64,000 bases of DNA from NCBI RefSeq assembly GCF_009914755.1, contig NC_060932.1; one strand, given 5' to 3'. The translations under genes were made by a program, and so were the position numbers. The notes beneath the pieces were generated by a model. That model was not told the DNA's origin, did not search any database, and saw only the letters and a program-made list of their open reading frames with translations. This DNA comes from the human T2T-CHM13v2.0 reference genome, Homo sapiens. Of the stretch, positions 1 to 13,363 are shown piece by piece. Numbering within the stretch: the stretch's first letter is position 1; each line of letters begins with the position of its first letter.

Positions 1-2083
1 AAAGGCAAATTTGAAGTAAAAAATGTAAATCATGCTATGAAATGAGGTGGTGAGAATCATCACACTTATAAAACAGCACTTGTTTAGGTCATTTTCTATT
101 TATCCAATAAACTGAAGGGCAAATTAAACCTTTGTTTTGACTATTTATTGATAGCCAAAGTTTCCAGGAAATTAATGTTAAATTGCATAGTTTTCGTACC
201 AGTGATTCTCAGAAGACAAATTGTTTAGTAATAGCTGCATTTTCAAACAAAGGTGTGAAAGTACCTTTTATTTTTGTAAAGCAAAATTTATTTTCAGAGA
301 AAGTATTTTTGGGACATCTGTCCTGAAAAAAAAAGTGCTATGGAAGGTTTTCAACAAAGGACAGAGAAATTTGACAAAAAAATATATTGGTACTAAATTA
401 GAAATATAGTCTGTAAGAGAATTATTTTTGCAGTCGGAAAAGCCAGGAATACTTCTTTACTGTAGGTAAATTTAAAAAAAAATCCATTAAAGTCTTTGAG
501 TCTAAAAACAATTTCAATATAATTCCAGAATTTCCTTCAGTTTGGTGTGTTTATGTAGTTTTTGTTTGCTTTTGTTTTTTGTTTTTAATTTTCCTCACAG
601 GAGCCTTAAAAAAGGTCCCGAACCAAGTAGTTTTCTTCTATCATAATAATGATCTTTGTTAATAAGATGGTGATGATGGCACAAATAATACCAGCTGGAT
701 TAAGTGCCTACTACAGGAAAGGGACTGAGCTGGCTGGCTACTGTGCACATCTCATTTGCGGTACAGTTTTAAACTCAAGTCAGTGATTTGAAATATGTGG
801 CTTCCTAAGAGTCTACAGAGAAAATCTAGAAGAGATTTTCTCAGGAGAAATCCCATAAAATGCATGTTCACTGCCATGAAGAAGAAATTAGGCAATGCCC
901 CTGGAACTCAATCAATGGGACTGACCGTGGTTGAAGCTGGATGGCATAGACCAGTGAACCTCTTCTATTTCATTTCTTCAGGCTCAAATGTCTGCGAATC
1001 CATTAGCTCTTGACCTCTACTCATGATCCTCAGTGCAAATAGCATCATTCAAAATTGGCTGAGGATACATGTAGGTGAGAGTACACTTCAGTGTGGGAGA
1101 TGTAATTTAATGATGGTCACTTCCAACCACGCATTTCCAGAACGGAAAACCCTTTGATTTGTACATGGCACACACAGAACTGTCTAATAATCTGTAGGTC
1201 AAAAATAAAACCAGAAGGATGCAGGACTACCTACTCTTACTCTGAACCCTTCTCACAATTTTTTTTCCCATGTCAAAGCAGAAATGGCTAATTGCTTGCA
1301 GGAAAATTTCCCTTATTTTCCTTATCCCTTTATCAGAGCAAAGATAGTAAGTGAAATAGAAGAGAACAGAAAGAAGGGGCTTTAGAATACTGAAGATATT
1401 TAAGATCTAGGATTTGTTTATTTTTGATGAGATTTGCAGCATCTTTTTCCTCTAATTGGGCAACTAGTAAACATTTCACAAATAGATAATAATAGTGACG
1501 GTGTGTTTTTTTCTCTCTCTCTTTTTTCACTTGTGATATTAAAGGTGTTTTGTTTCCTCCTTCTTTCTTTTGGGACCACTGCCTGTTGGTTTCGTGCTGA
1601 GGCACATACATGACTGTACTATCTAAAGTTTCTATTTCAGAGAGGTCTAATCTGGATATATTTTAGTAGACATCCATGCCGATGGATGGAAGAAGACAAT
1701 TTTCAAAAAGGGTGCTTGATTGACATACAAGTCTCGCAATTAGAAAAAGGAAAATTTTCTATAAAGGCAAATCCACGGGAATTACTGGCAGTAATATTAA
1801 TGATATTAGGCTGCCTGACTACAAGGTGTGATCTTAGGGATACTGGGAAAGGTCTTCTGCCAGAATCGGTCCCCGCTGCACCTCAAATCCCCACCATTAA
1901 AGTCATTCATTTGAGTTAAGAAAATTGCCACTAAGACCTTTATTAAAATGCAAATGTGTTCCCCGGGTGGGGAAACACATTAAATCATTATCAACCATTA
2001 ACACTTTAGACCAAATTAGTTTCAGATTTATTAGCCAATTACTCAAGTACAGAAGGAATGCGGAGCAGGAGAGTGTAGTTTAA

Positions 2084-2403
<320 letters not shown>

Positions 2404-2605
2404 ATGATAATGCATAAAATTCTCACATAACAATATAAAAAAGTGGAACGTCTCTTAACAAAACAGAGGTCAGGACCCAGAGCTCCAACTGCTCGCCACT
2501 GCCTCACGGCCTCCTCCCCAAACCCCAAACCTGGCCCCTGAGGCAACTCCACGGACAGGTAAGTTCTGAGAAGCTTGGGCTGGAGATCATTCTAGGAGGG
2601 TGTCA

Positions 2606-3067
<462 letters not shown>

Positions 3068-3329
3068 CTAAACAAACAGATGCCATCTTTTTTCTCTTTA
3101 AGAAAAAGAAATCTAGACCTTTCTCACACTTGCAAAGTTTGGGGTCAGGGGGTCAAGAATTTAAATTAATATGTGTAAGAAATTAAAAAATGTGCATCAA
3201 CTGAAAGACAAAAATAAAATCTCCCCAAAAAGGAAATGGAAATTCTAAGTCAAAATACATAAGCGCTTTCATATGCTTCATCTTACTTAACTTTTCAGAA
3301 ATACTTTAATAATTTTGCCCAATTGAACA

Positions 3330-3445
3330 TAACAGATAGAGAAGGCCCAAAGAGAAGTCGGAACTTTCCCAAGTTCATAGGGTTATTGAATGACACAGCT
3401 GAGATTCAAATTCACACCACTCATCCAAAAACACAGGCCCTTTCC
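3330..3445 (-). mobile_element. MIR fragment
   Basis: Degenerate reverse MIR core (acagatagagaaggcccaaagagaag...cccaagttcata...agctgagattcaaattc). Confidence 0.6.
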
Positions 3446-4224
3446 CAGAAAGACATACTTGTCTTTAATTTCATTTAAAAGAAGCTAGGCAGTTCAAATT
3501 TACTCGAGAATACAAATTTCCACTTGTAGAAATTATGCCACTTAAATTTTGCTGAAATAATAGAGGAAAAATAATGTTAGGAAAAATTTGGGATTAAAAT
3601 AGACTCAACATTATAAACAGTAACATTAGATTTTTCTTTTGCTCCAAATTCTTAAAACCGAAGAAAAAAATCTGTATACCTTTAGAATAATTGTATAATT
3701 TGACTATGATCCATAGCAGACTTTTTGGAAGGTGTCTAGAGAATTCTGCTGCTGTTTTTGTAAAATTAGACTGTATTTCCCTTTATGCTCACAGATGGCA
3801 ATAATTTCATATCATTTTAACATTTCAAGCATTTTTTTATGTTATTCAGGGTCTGTTATTTAAGTCCAGATAATTATCCAAAAACACTCCAGTCCTCTAA
3901 TCACTTATAGTTCAGATCCAAAAACTAGTAAGATTAACGTAACTATAAACTAACTATGCTTTAGTTATTCTATTATTTCGCAGAAAAAGAAAACGAAGAA
4001 ATATGAAGAATGTCTGAGTGTTTTTATGAATTTGAATTCATAACCTAACCTGTGTTTGGCTCTGACAAAATTATTAAGGGTTACTTAAAGCTAATTTGAC
4101 ATGATTTCTGTTTGGTTTATACAAAGTAATTCAGAAATTTACAAAGCAATGCTTCATCAAAGAGCAATATTAAAATTGAATATAATATAAACATGTAAAA
4201 CAGATACCTTTATTCATCTCTGTT

Positions 4225-4800
4225 TTCTATTTACCCATTCCCTTGACAATCTCATATGGTTTCACAGCTTAAATACCACATATAAATTGATAATCCTCAA
4301 ATCTGTATCTCCAGATCAGACTTCCCCTTTTAATTGCACGTATATATATCCAACGGTCCACCCTGAACTTCTCTGCGGATGCCTCACTGACATCCAAAAT
4401 TTAACGTGAACAAAAATGATCTCCTGATTTTTCCCTTCAAAATCATTTCTCTTCCAGATTCATCTTAATTTTGGCAACTGTTCCCTTCTAGGCGTTCAAC
4501 TCAAACACCAAGGTATCACCCTCAGCCCCTCTCTTTCTCTCACACATATCCAACTTGTCAGCAAATTCTGTTATCTCCCCCTTCAAAACGAGCCCGCCCT
4601 CCTATCTCTAGCACTACCCCTCTGGACCAAACCAAAGTGGACTTTGCTTGGATTACGGGAATTGCCTCCTAAAGGGTCCTTGGCTCTGTCCTGGTTCCTC
4701 TAGAGTCTATTCTTCACATAATAGCTAAAATTGTCTTGTAAATCGTCATCGTTAAATGTGTATCAGGTCCTGTGATGACTGCTTAAATCTTACCAGTGGT
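4225..4800 (+). mobile_element. L2 LINE relic (ORF2 3' part)
   Basis: Resembles L2 consensus: ctcatatggtttcacagcttaaatacca...ctcaaatctgtatctccag...tatatccaac...aatgatctcctgatttttccc...tggattac...gcctcctaa. Confidence 0.75.
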
Positions 4801-6092
4801 CCAAAGAGCACAGGGGCCAGGGCAGATTCCAAAGCCAACCAATAGTAAGGGAGCTGACAGAGAAGCTGCTGTTAGAGCTGGGTTGGGGGCAGGGACTCTT
4901 AGTCGGGAGACTCACAGAGCTGTGAGATGACCTGCCTGGTGAGCCAGGCTGACTTCACACTTCAGCGAGGAATCCCCCTGAGCAGGCGCCACCCAATGGG
5001 GACTGCTCATCTAGAGAACAGAAGGCTGTCTGCCAAGAATCCTTACACTTCAAGACAATGCCAGCTCTTCATCCATCTCCCTCAACACCCAGAAAGGGCA
5101 CAAAGAAGGTCATGTGGCTGAGGAAATGTCTTCTTCAAGAGAAAACAGGCATGACATCAAGTGACTGATCACTGAATTTGGAAGGCCAACACAAGGATGG
5201 GACTTTTTCATAAATGTATACAAGGGACATCAAGATTAATATCTGAAAAACAGAATTTTTCAGTTATTAATAGAAGGTTTTTAAAGTATTCATAATACTT
5301 CAACATCCATTATCTATGTTTACACTTACCTACTTTTAATTGACAGATAAATTTTAGGCACAGATGTTAAAGGAATTTACTATATTCTTATAGAAATGAG
5401 TAGCAGAATATGGATTAACACAGGTCTCCCGAATTCCTGGCCTATTCAGCATTTAAGAAAAGTATTTAAATTCTAAATATATCTGATAATTAGAGGACTA
5501 TTCAAGATGATTTTAATTTTGTAGTCTTGTGAGAATTAACTAAAAACTGAGGTCTAAATAAACAAGTGTGGCAGGAAAGAAATCAGTGTCTCGCCTTTTT
5601 CCTTGCCATTTTCAAACATCTCTTAGCAACTAATGAATTTGAAACAACCAAATTTTGTGTGTATATAGATTGAAATTAATTCTCTAGAAGATTAAGCAAA
5701 AAAATCATATCTAGACTTTAACAATGAGATCCAATAGGTTAAAAAATGAAACTTAGTATAATTCCATTTCAACAAAATCCAAGTCTCCTGGTATAGAAGC
5801 CTGGGTTGCTGAGGACACATTTTCTCCTCTTTATTCCTGAATATCACAAAGAAAAATAGGAAAAATAAGTCCTACCTTCTTCCCTCTCTGCCCCGAGAAA
5901 AACTATTTTTTTGTAATCATGAGAAAATAATCATTAGGAAAAAAAACTAGGGTATACAGTGAGATATTTGGGAGTCAGGAGAAAAATTTGATGAGGAGTA
6001 ACAGTATTAACAGGTTCCAAATACATAACATAGCTACCTTGGTAATGGCAGGATGAAAATAGGGCCTCAAAGAAGCATCTCTGACCCTGCCC

Positions 6093-6402
6093 TTCTCTCT
6101 CTCTCTCTCCATATATATATATATATACACACACACACGTATATATACACACACATATATACACACATATATATACACACACACATATACATACATATAT
6201 ACATATATACACACACACTATATATATACACATACACTATATATATACACACACTATATATATATATATACACACACACCCCTTTCTATATATGTATCTA
6301 CCTATGACAAGATTCAGTTACAAACCTATCAATCTGTCTGTCTGTCTACCTATCTATCTATCTATCCATCCATCCATCCATCCATCCATCCATCCATCCA
6401 TC
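6093..6402. repeat. Compound microsatellite (TC)n/(TA)n/(TACA)n, then (TCTG)(TCTA)(TCCA)n
   Basis: Directly visible at 6093-6280 and 6330-6402. Confidence 0.97.
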
Positions 6403-6771
6403 CACAAGCAGTAGGAACTATATATATTTCTACAACGGGGAAAGCACTGGTGTGAGTGGGAAGGAATTTACAGAACTGTGATTCCGAAGAGGCTGGGTAA
6501 CCAAGAGAATCACATACAGTGGAGCCATGTTTGCAGGAAGCAATCAGTCTCTGTCAGAAACTGTCAGATTGTCAATAAAAGCATACAAAGGTAGACTATC
6601 TGACCCTTTCAGATCTTACCGCCACCCCAGGAATCTCTTCACATTAAGTCCAAGAATATTTAATAGCTTTTTATTAAATTATCTAAAAATAAATAGGATG
6701 ACTAAAGTATTGATACAGAAGAAGTATAAAACAGTGGCAAACAATAGTAAAGTTTATAAAATCTATCAAAC

Positions 6772-7076
6772 TTATTTTATTTTATTATTTGTTTTGAGAC
6801 TGGGTCTTGCTCTGTACCCCAGGCTGGAGGGCAGTGGCACAATCACAGCTCCCTGCAGCCTCTACCTCCCTGGATCAGGAGATCCTCCCACTTCCTCAAA
6901 GTACCTGGTATGACAGGCACATGCCACCATGCCCAGCATATATTTTACATTATTTTTGTACAGACAGGGTCTACCTATGTAGCCCAGGCTGGTCTCAAAC
7001 TCCTGGGCTTAAGTGATTCTCCTGTCTCAGCCTCCCAAAATGTTGGGATTACAGGTGTGAGCCACCATGCTAAACC
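6772..7076 (-). mobile_element. AluJ, full length
   Basis: J-type motifs (gggtcttgctctg, acagctccctgcagcctc, ctcctgggcttaagtgat); flanked by approximate TSD ATA(C)AAATCTATCAAA at 6756-6770 and 7077-7092. Confidence 0.93.
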
Positions 7077-7329
7077 ATACAAATCTATCAAAATTTTAAA
7101 AAACATATATAACGATTTCTTATATTAACAATCAATTATCACTATTGGTAAAATTCACCTAAATATACATAAATTGGAGTCAACTTAACATGATAAAACA
7201 CATCTAGTTCACCACTAAAACCAGGCTGATTCTTAAGCAGGAATGAAATCTTAGAAACATCACTCCTGAAGACAGGAACTAGAAAAGAATAACTAATATT
7301 CCCGCTGTCAATTAATATTTTACATTAAG

Positions 7330-7710
7330 TACTAGCTAAGGGAATTTGAAAAAAGAAAGAAAAAATTTATAAAACATGAAAAGGAGGAGATAAACATATA
7401 GTACGATTGAATTTTGATATTATTTTAAACTGGAAAACCAAATAAAATCAATTTTTAAAAAATCTATTTTAAACTAAGAAAGAATTCAATAGGTGACAGG
7501 AAGTAAATTATCATAAAAGACTAGTTTTTCTATTAAAAAACAACCAATTTTATAAAAGAAAACACTCTTTTTAAAGCAATAGAAACTTAAAATATAAGGA
7601 AATTAACATGAAATATTCAAGACCAAATTTTTAAAGATATAATACTCCCTAAAAAGTACCAAAATGTAAATGAATGAAAATACGTATCTTTCAACTCTAT
7701 GACATTGTAT
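7330..7710 (+). mobile_element. Ancient L1M (L1ME-like) ORF2 relic
   Basis: A-rich degenerate L1 ORF2-like text (tggaaaaccaaataaaatcaa...aactaagaaagaattcaataggtgacagg...aaaatataaggaaattaac). Confidence 0.5.
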
Positions 7711-7712
7711 TA

Positions 7713-7780
7713 AAAAATGAGAATGTTCATTATACACTGACAGGAAAAATGAGAACGTTCATTATATATTGATATGAAAA
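7713..7780. repeat. 32-bp tandem duplication
   Basis: aaaaatgagaatgttcattatacactgacagg / aaaaatgagaacgttcattatatattgatatg. Confidence 0.9.
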
Positions 7781-9219
7781 ACTTTGAAGATATGTAGGTA
7801 TGAGAAAAAAGGAAAACAACTGAAGTTTATATTATGTTTTCACTGGTGAAGAAAAAAAAGAGAGAGAGCTAGAATTTTGTTTTAATGTGGTTGGTTTCTG
7901 CACAAAGAAGCTCTGAATGATGAACAAGAAACTAAAGACAATGACGGCCTGGAGAAAGGCAGGTGAAAAAAAGACTACACAGCTAGAGAAAGTGCAGGGG
8001 TGGGGGAGACTAGATGGCACACATTGTCATGTTTTAGATTTTGCATTTTGTGCAAGTTATCTTCAGGACTAAATTAACAAAGTAGATAAATAAATGAAGC
8101 CTAATAAGAAATAAGGGTTTTCTAATCTATTTCCTTCTCTCTCACGTGCCAATGCGCTTGAGCCTGCTCATTCTCTTTCTCTCCCTCCCTTCCTGCCCTA
8201 TAATTCTCTGTTGCATTAAAAGCATCATTATAAGTCTCAGGCATTTGCTGCTTCCTTTCTTCCAGAAATGGACTCTCATTTTCTTCAAGCGCATTGTAAG
8301 TAATTTAGTCCCCACCCCCACCTACAAAAAAAAAATCTTCACAACAAACTTATTTTTAAGAATTATTGCATCCTTTCTAAGATAGCATAGAACTTTGGGA
8401 TGGTAAGGTCAATAAAAACTTGAATCCTTTTCCTATTTTGTTCAAAAGCTAAATTTCCATTTATTTGTACTTCCAGATGAAAGTAATTTGATTTATGTAT
8501 TTCAGTAAAAGCTACCCAGTTTTAAATTACCTAAAGAATTCCTAATATGCACTTACGATTTTCAAAGTACAAATTATTATTTCCCTTTGAGAGCTTGAAC
8601 TATTGCTGCCTTTTACTTTCATAAATAAAATTTTATCTCATTAAAGTAGTATAAAATATGGGAAAGGACTCCCTATGCAGGGCTCACATATCTATATTCG
8701 ACCTCACTTTTTATTGATTTTAACAGTTGTTGATAGCTAATGTCACCTCACTTTAAATTTTTTGTCTACATTTTACCTACAAAATAATCAGTCATTCTCA
8801 CCAAGTTTAAGTGCTTACTTACAGATCATTAAATATTTTAAAGAAATTATTCCTGTGGTGAGGCTTTTTCTAAATGAAATATTTTTTATGTAAAATACCA
8901 CCTCTTAATCTGTGGTTTGGAGTTTTTGTATTTTTGCTTCACAAAGCTAGACGTATACATACATATAACATATATATATATATTTATATTTCATATACTT
9001 TTGTTCCCTGATGTTTCTTAGTAATAATATATAAAGGGAATGTATCATTTTTGGAAAAGTTGGAAAAATTTTTCCAAATATCACAGAAAGCAATGTGAAA
9101 TTCCTTCTTCTCAAAATCTATTGCACCAGAATAACATGGTACCATGTATTATCTCAAGGAAAATATGACAAACTGTATTAAATGCAAAACTATCAGCTAC
9201 TACTTCTCATTTGAATAAA

Positions 9220-9519
9220 TTTTTTTGTTTTTTGAGATGGAGTCTTGCTCTGTCACTCATGCTGGAGTGCAGAGGCATGATCTCGGCGCACTATAACCTC
9301 TGCCTCCTGGGTTCAAGCAAGTCTCCTGCCTCAGCCCCCTGAATAGCTGAGATTAAAGGCACATGCCACCATGCCAGGCTAATTTCTGTATTTAAATAGA
9401 GACAGGGTTTCACCATGTTGGCCAGGCTGCTCTCCTCTCGAATTCCTAAACTCGATTGATCCACCTGCCTTGGCTTCCCAAAGAGCTGGGATTACAGGTG
9501 TGAGCCACCACGACTGGCT
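9220..9519 (-). mobile_element. AluS, full length
   Basis: tttgagatggagtcttgc...caccatgttggccaggctg...gggattacaggtgtgagccacc. Confidence 0.95.
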
Positions 9520-10255
9520 AAATAATTTTCTTATTTGGAATATTTATAAAGTTCCTGAAAAATCATCTTGGTCCATACTTTGTGACTTAGAATTCCATCT
9601 AAAGATCAACAACGGCCATAAGGAACACAGAAGGAAAGTCTAGAAGCCAAGGGAAAACCAAGATCCTAGTGCCGTCTCTGGTACAAACATACCTGGTGAC
9701 CTTGATCAAACATCTTAACTTTCGTGAATCTACAATTCACCAGCTCTTAAGCTTGCCCTGCCTACTTCACCGGAAGACAATTTTTATTTGAATGGAATTT
9801 AAATAAACAGTTAATTATTGTGTTTATAGCATTATTCATAAAACCACTCTAATAATAAACCTCTCAAGAGTAACATGAGGGTTAAGGAGGAAGTATGAAA
9901 AAGGCTTTGGAAACTTACAAATGCAACTCGGCAATAAAGTTCTTCCAGCAAAAGACTAATCAAATTAAACTATTGCGATCCATATACTTTGTCCCTATCC
10001 ATGTAATTTACTGAAACATAGGAATTGTGTTTTCCTCATCCATATTTCCTCATGCCTAGTATCATGTTTAACATATAGAAAGAAGAAATAAATACATGTG
10101 ATTTTGTAGTTGGTGGGTTTGATGAGTAGAACAATCTCTTTTTATTCTACTGCCTAGTGATAGACAAGTATAAACTAAGAATCATCAAATATAAAAAAGA
10201 ATGAATCTGACTACTACAAATCAGATTCTGAACAATTTGAAATACAAACTATTCT

Positions 10256-11100
10256 GGAAGATGCTCAACATCACTTATCACCAGGGATATACAAATCAAA
10301 ACTATGAAATATTACCTCACATCTGTTAGTATGGCTATTATCAAAACAATGAAAGATAAATGTTGACAAAGATGTAAAGAAATGAACTGCTGTGCACTGT
10401 TTGTGTGAATATAGATTGGTATAGCCAATAATGGAAGAGTATGGAGGTTCCTCAAAAAATTAAACATAGAAATATCATATAACCCAGCAATCCCCCTGTT
10501 GTATCTAAAACCAAAGGAAATGAAACCAGCACCTCATAGAAATAGCTGCACTCCCATGTTCACTGAGGTATCATTCACAATAGCCAAGGTATGTAAAGAA
10601 CCTAGGCATCCACCAATGCATGAGTGGAACATGATTCAGCTTTACAAAAGGAGATACTGTCATTTGTGAAAACATGGATGAAACTGAAGGGCATTATGTC
10701 AAGAGAAATAAACCAAACACGAAAGAAAAACTAGAATTTATTTCATATCTATAATCTTACAAAAACGGAATACAAAGAAACAGGAGAAGAACGATGGTTA
10801 TTGGAGTGGGCTGGCATCGAATGAGGAGATGTCAGTCCAAAGTATGAAGTTGAACTTATGTAGGATGAATAAGTCAAGAAATCTAATATATAGCATGAAA
10901 ACTATAGGTAATAGTGTTATGTTGTATACTGGAAATTTACTAAGAGAGAAGATGTAAGATTTTTACACACACACACATGCTGACTATGGGAGGTGATTAA
11001 ATATATTAAATATATTGCTTTGCTTGAGTACACTTATTTGACTATGCATATCAAGCTATCATATTATATTCCTTAAATACAGACTGCAAGAAAGAGAAAA
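10256..11100 (+). mobile_element. L1MA (MA9/MA10-like) 3' end
   Basis: gatgctcaacatcact...caaatcaaaac...tatggaggttcctcaaaaaattaa...aacatggatgaaactgaagggcattatg...taggatgaataag...gtatactggaaatttactaagagag. Confidence 0.85.
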
Positions 11101-13309
11101 AAATTGTTTTGGTGAAGAAAATATATTTAATATCCATGCAGATTTTAATTTTATCAAAGGCAAACTTAACTAAATATGGCTACTTCTCCCAATGCTGTGT
11201 ATCTCTTGACCGAGTGAAAAGTGATGCCTTCTAAGTGAAGTGAAAATGCATTTTGTACTGCAGTCTGAAGTCACTATATCCTGCTTCCATTAGGACTTGG
11301 GAGGATTGCTGATTCTTCAGGAGTATGCTCTGAATGCGTTAGAACTTTCCAAATGCATCAGATAGTTAGGAATGTCTGTGTTCCTTCTTGGAGGAGCCCT
11401 GAACTACAGGGTGCATAAGTCCACAGGCAATGTAATAGTCTCAGCATCTCATTACTATCCTCAGCGGAAAAAAAAAGTTTCTAATTTTTCTAATTTGAAT
11501 ATGATGTCAGCTGATTTTTACGGAAAGAAAAATTTGGTAGTCGTCAGGAAAATTACAGTCACTTGAACTCAACTACTTGAATATTTCAGGAATACTTGTT
11601 TTCTTCTACCTCTTAACAAAGTCATAAATACTACTGGAATGACACTGCTTTAGATATCTCAACAAAAAAAGATTTCTCCTTTGTGAAATACAAAGATCTT
11701 ACTGCTATTTTCTATATCCAGCTGATCTTTTCAGATCTAAGCTCGGTGGGGTTTCAGCTTAGAGTGCTAAGGTATCATTTTTCTTTACTTGTGGCATTAC
11801 AAGAGTCTCACTGAGACACTGCTATGTAATATCTTGGCGAAACAGTATTGATCTCCTTTCAAAAGTGAATAGAGGTCAGCTTTCTGTCTGGATACTTATA
11901 TATCTGACTTGTACACCTAACACCATTAAAATCTATTTGAGTGCATTAGTGGAAATGGATTCTATTATATGGTCTCATGGGGAACCCGCCAGGAAGTCAT
12001 AGAGTATAACGTAGACGGCTCCTTTTAAAGACATTTCAGGCAATTTTCTTGCCATCCCTTCACTTCATTCCCACTGGCTAACTGGGAATAATCCAATTAC
12101 TACAATAGCCAGGATTGATACCCGGGAGTTAGAAGAAAACTCTTTCAAGGACCGAGGTTCGCTCAACTCATGAAAAACATGTTGCCATTTCTGAAAACAA
12201 AAAGAGGGTTTAATACTTTGGAGTACATAATAATGTGAAATATACCTGATACTTATGATTCAAGTCACTAAAGTGTGTTACCTGACAACACGTCCATTTT
12301 GTATCTTGTAGGATCTGTGTATACCTGTGCATAATAGGAAGAAATTTATTTTGCTGAAAGTAAATACCAAATATTGTAAATTGTATGAAAAGAGGACATT
12401 TAAAAAGCAAATAATAATTAGCAGTTTGTTTAGCTAATGACCTTACATATGTATCTTTCTCAGTTTTTACCACATTTTTGTTGAATTTCTGATGAAAATG
12501 TCCAGGTATACATAAATAATAATGAAAGGAATTTTGATATGTGCTGTAAGAATCTAAAATGTAAATGCAATATGCTTTCGAATGTAAAAAAAAAAAAAAC
12601 AAAAAAAAAACAAAACAAAACAGTGCCTGAATCATGGAGGACCTTGTAAGGTGTTCCCATTGCCTTCCCAAAACTAACTGTCATAGGGAATGAGATTTGT
12701 CCTGCATATACAGATCTCTTCAAAACATACTTTGAGTAACTTGCCTAGATAAGTGCATCCAATCTCGGGCAGAAAGAACGTGAAAACAATTTTTAAAAAT
12801 ATGATGCTCTGTCATGACCATTAAATATCAATCAGTGAATGATTCTTCTAGTACTGAAAATAGTTTAAACAATCTATATGCACTTAAGTGAGCCATTGCA
12901 ATTTGTCATTTTCCTGTAAGACAACTAGACCTCCTCTTGCAAACAAAATAAAACATGGATGTTCCAGAATGCTTTTCATGAGTTTTATGATAATAATTAT
13001 AGTCTCAAAACAAAATATTAACCTTGCAGTTTTAAGAACAGTATTATCAGGCTGGCTAATGAATACTGATATATAAGCTATGTCAAATTGTGTGTAAACA
13101 TAGGGTTATCTATATCACTACTGATTATATGAAGAGCTAATAATGCCCATTAAAATATAATAAGATTTTCTAGTTTTCTTATAACCCATGTGGCATACCA
13201 TAAAGTAAAATCAGACTTAAATATACAAATAACAGATTCAAATATAATATTTACATTACTTATAAGTAGCTGGGAGTTCATCTTTATAAGTACTAATATA
13301 GTAGCTCTT

Positions 13310-13342
<33 letters not shown>

Positions 13343-13363
13343 CTGTGTGTGTGTGTGTGTGTG
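13310..13363. repeat. (TA)n(TG)n microsatellite
   Basis: Directly visible. Confidence 0.97.

Noticed and set aside
5934-6307. Low-complexity ORFs (YI/CV/HT repeats; also 16581-17026, 42135-42512, 50653-50838)
   Set aside because: Translations of microsatellites that lack stop codons.
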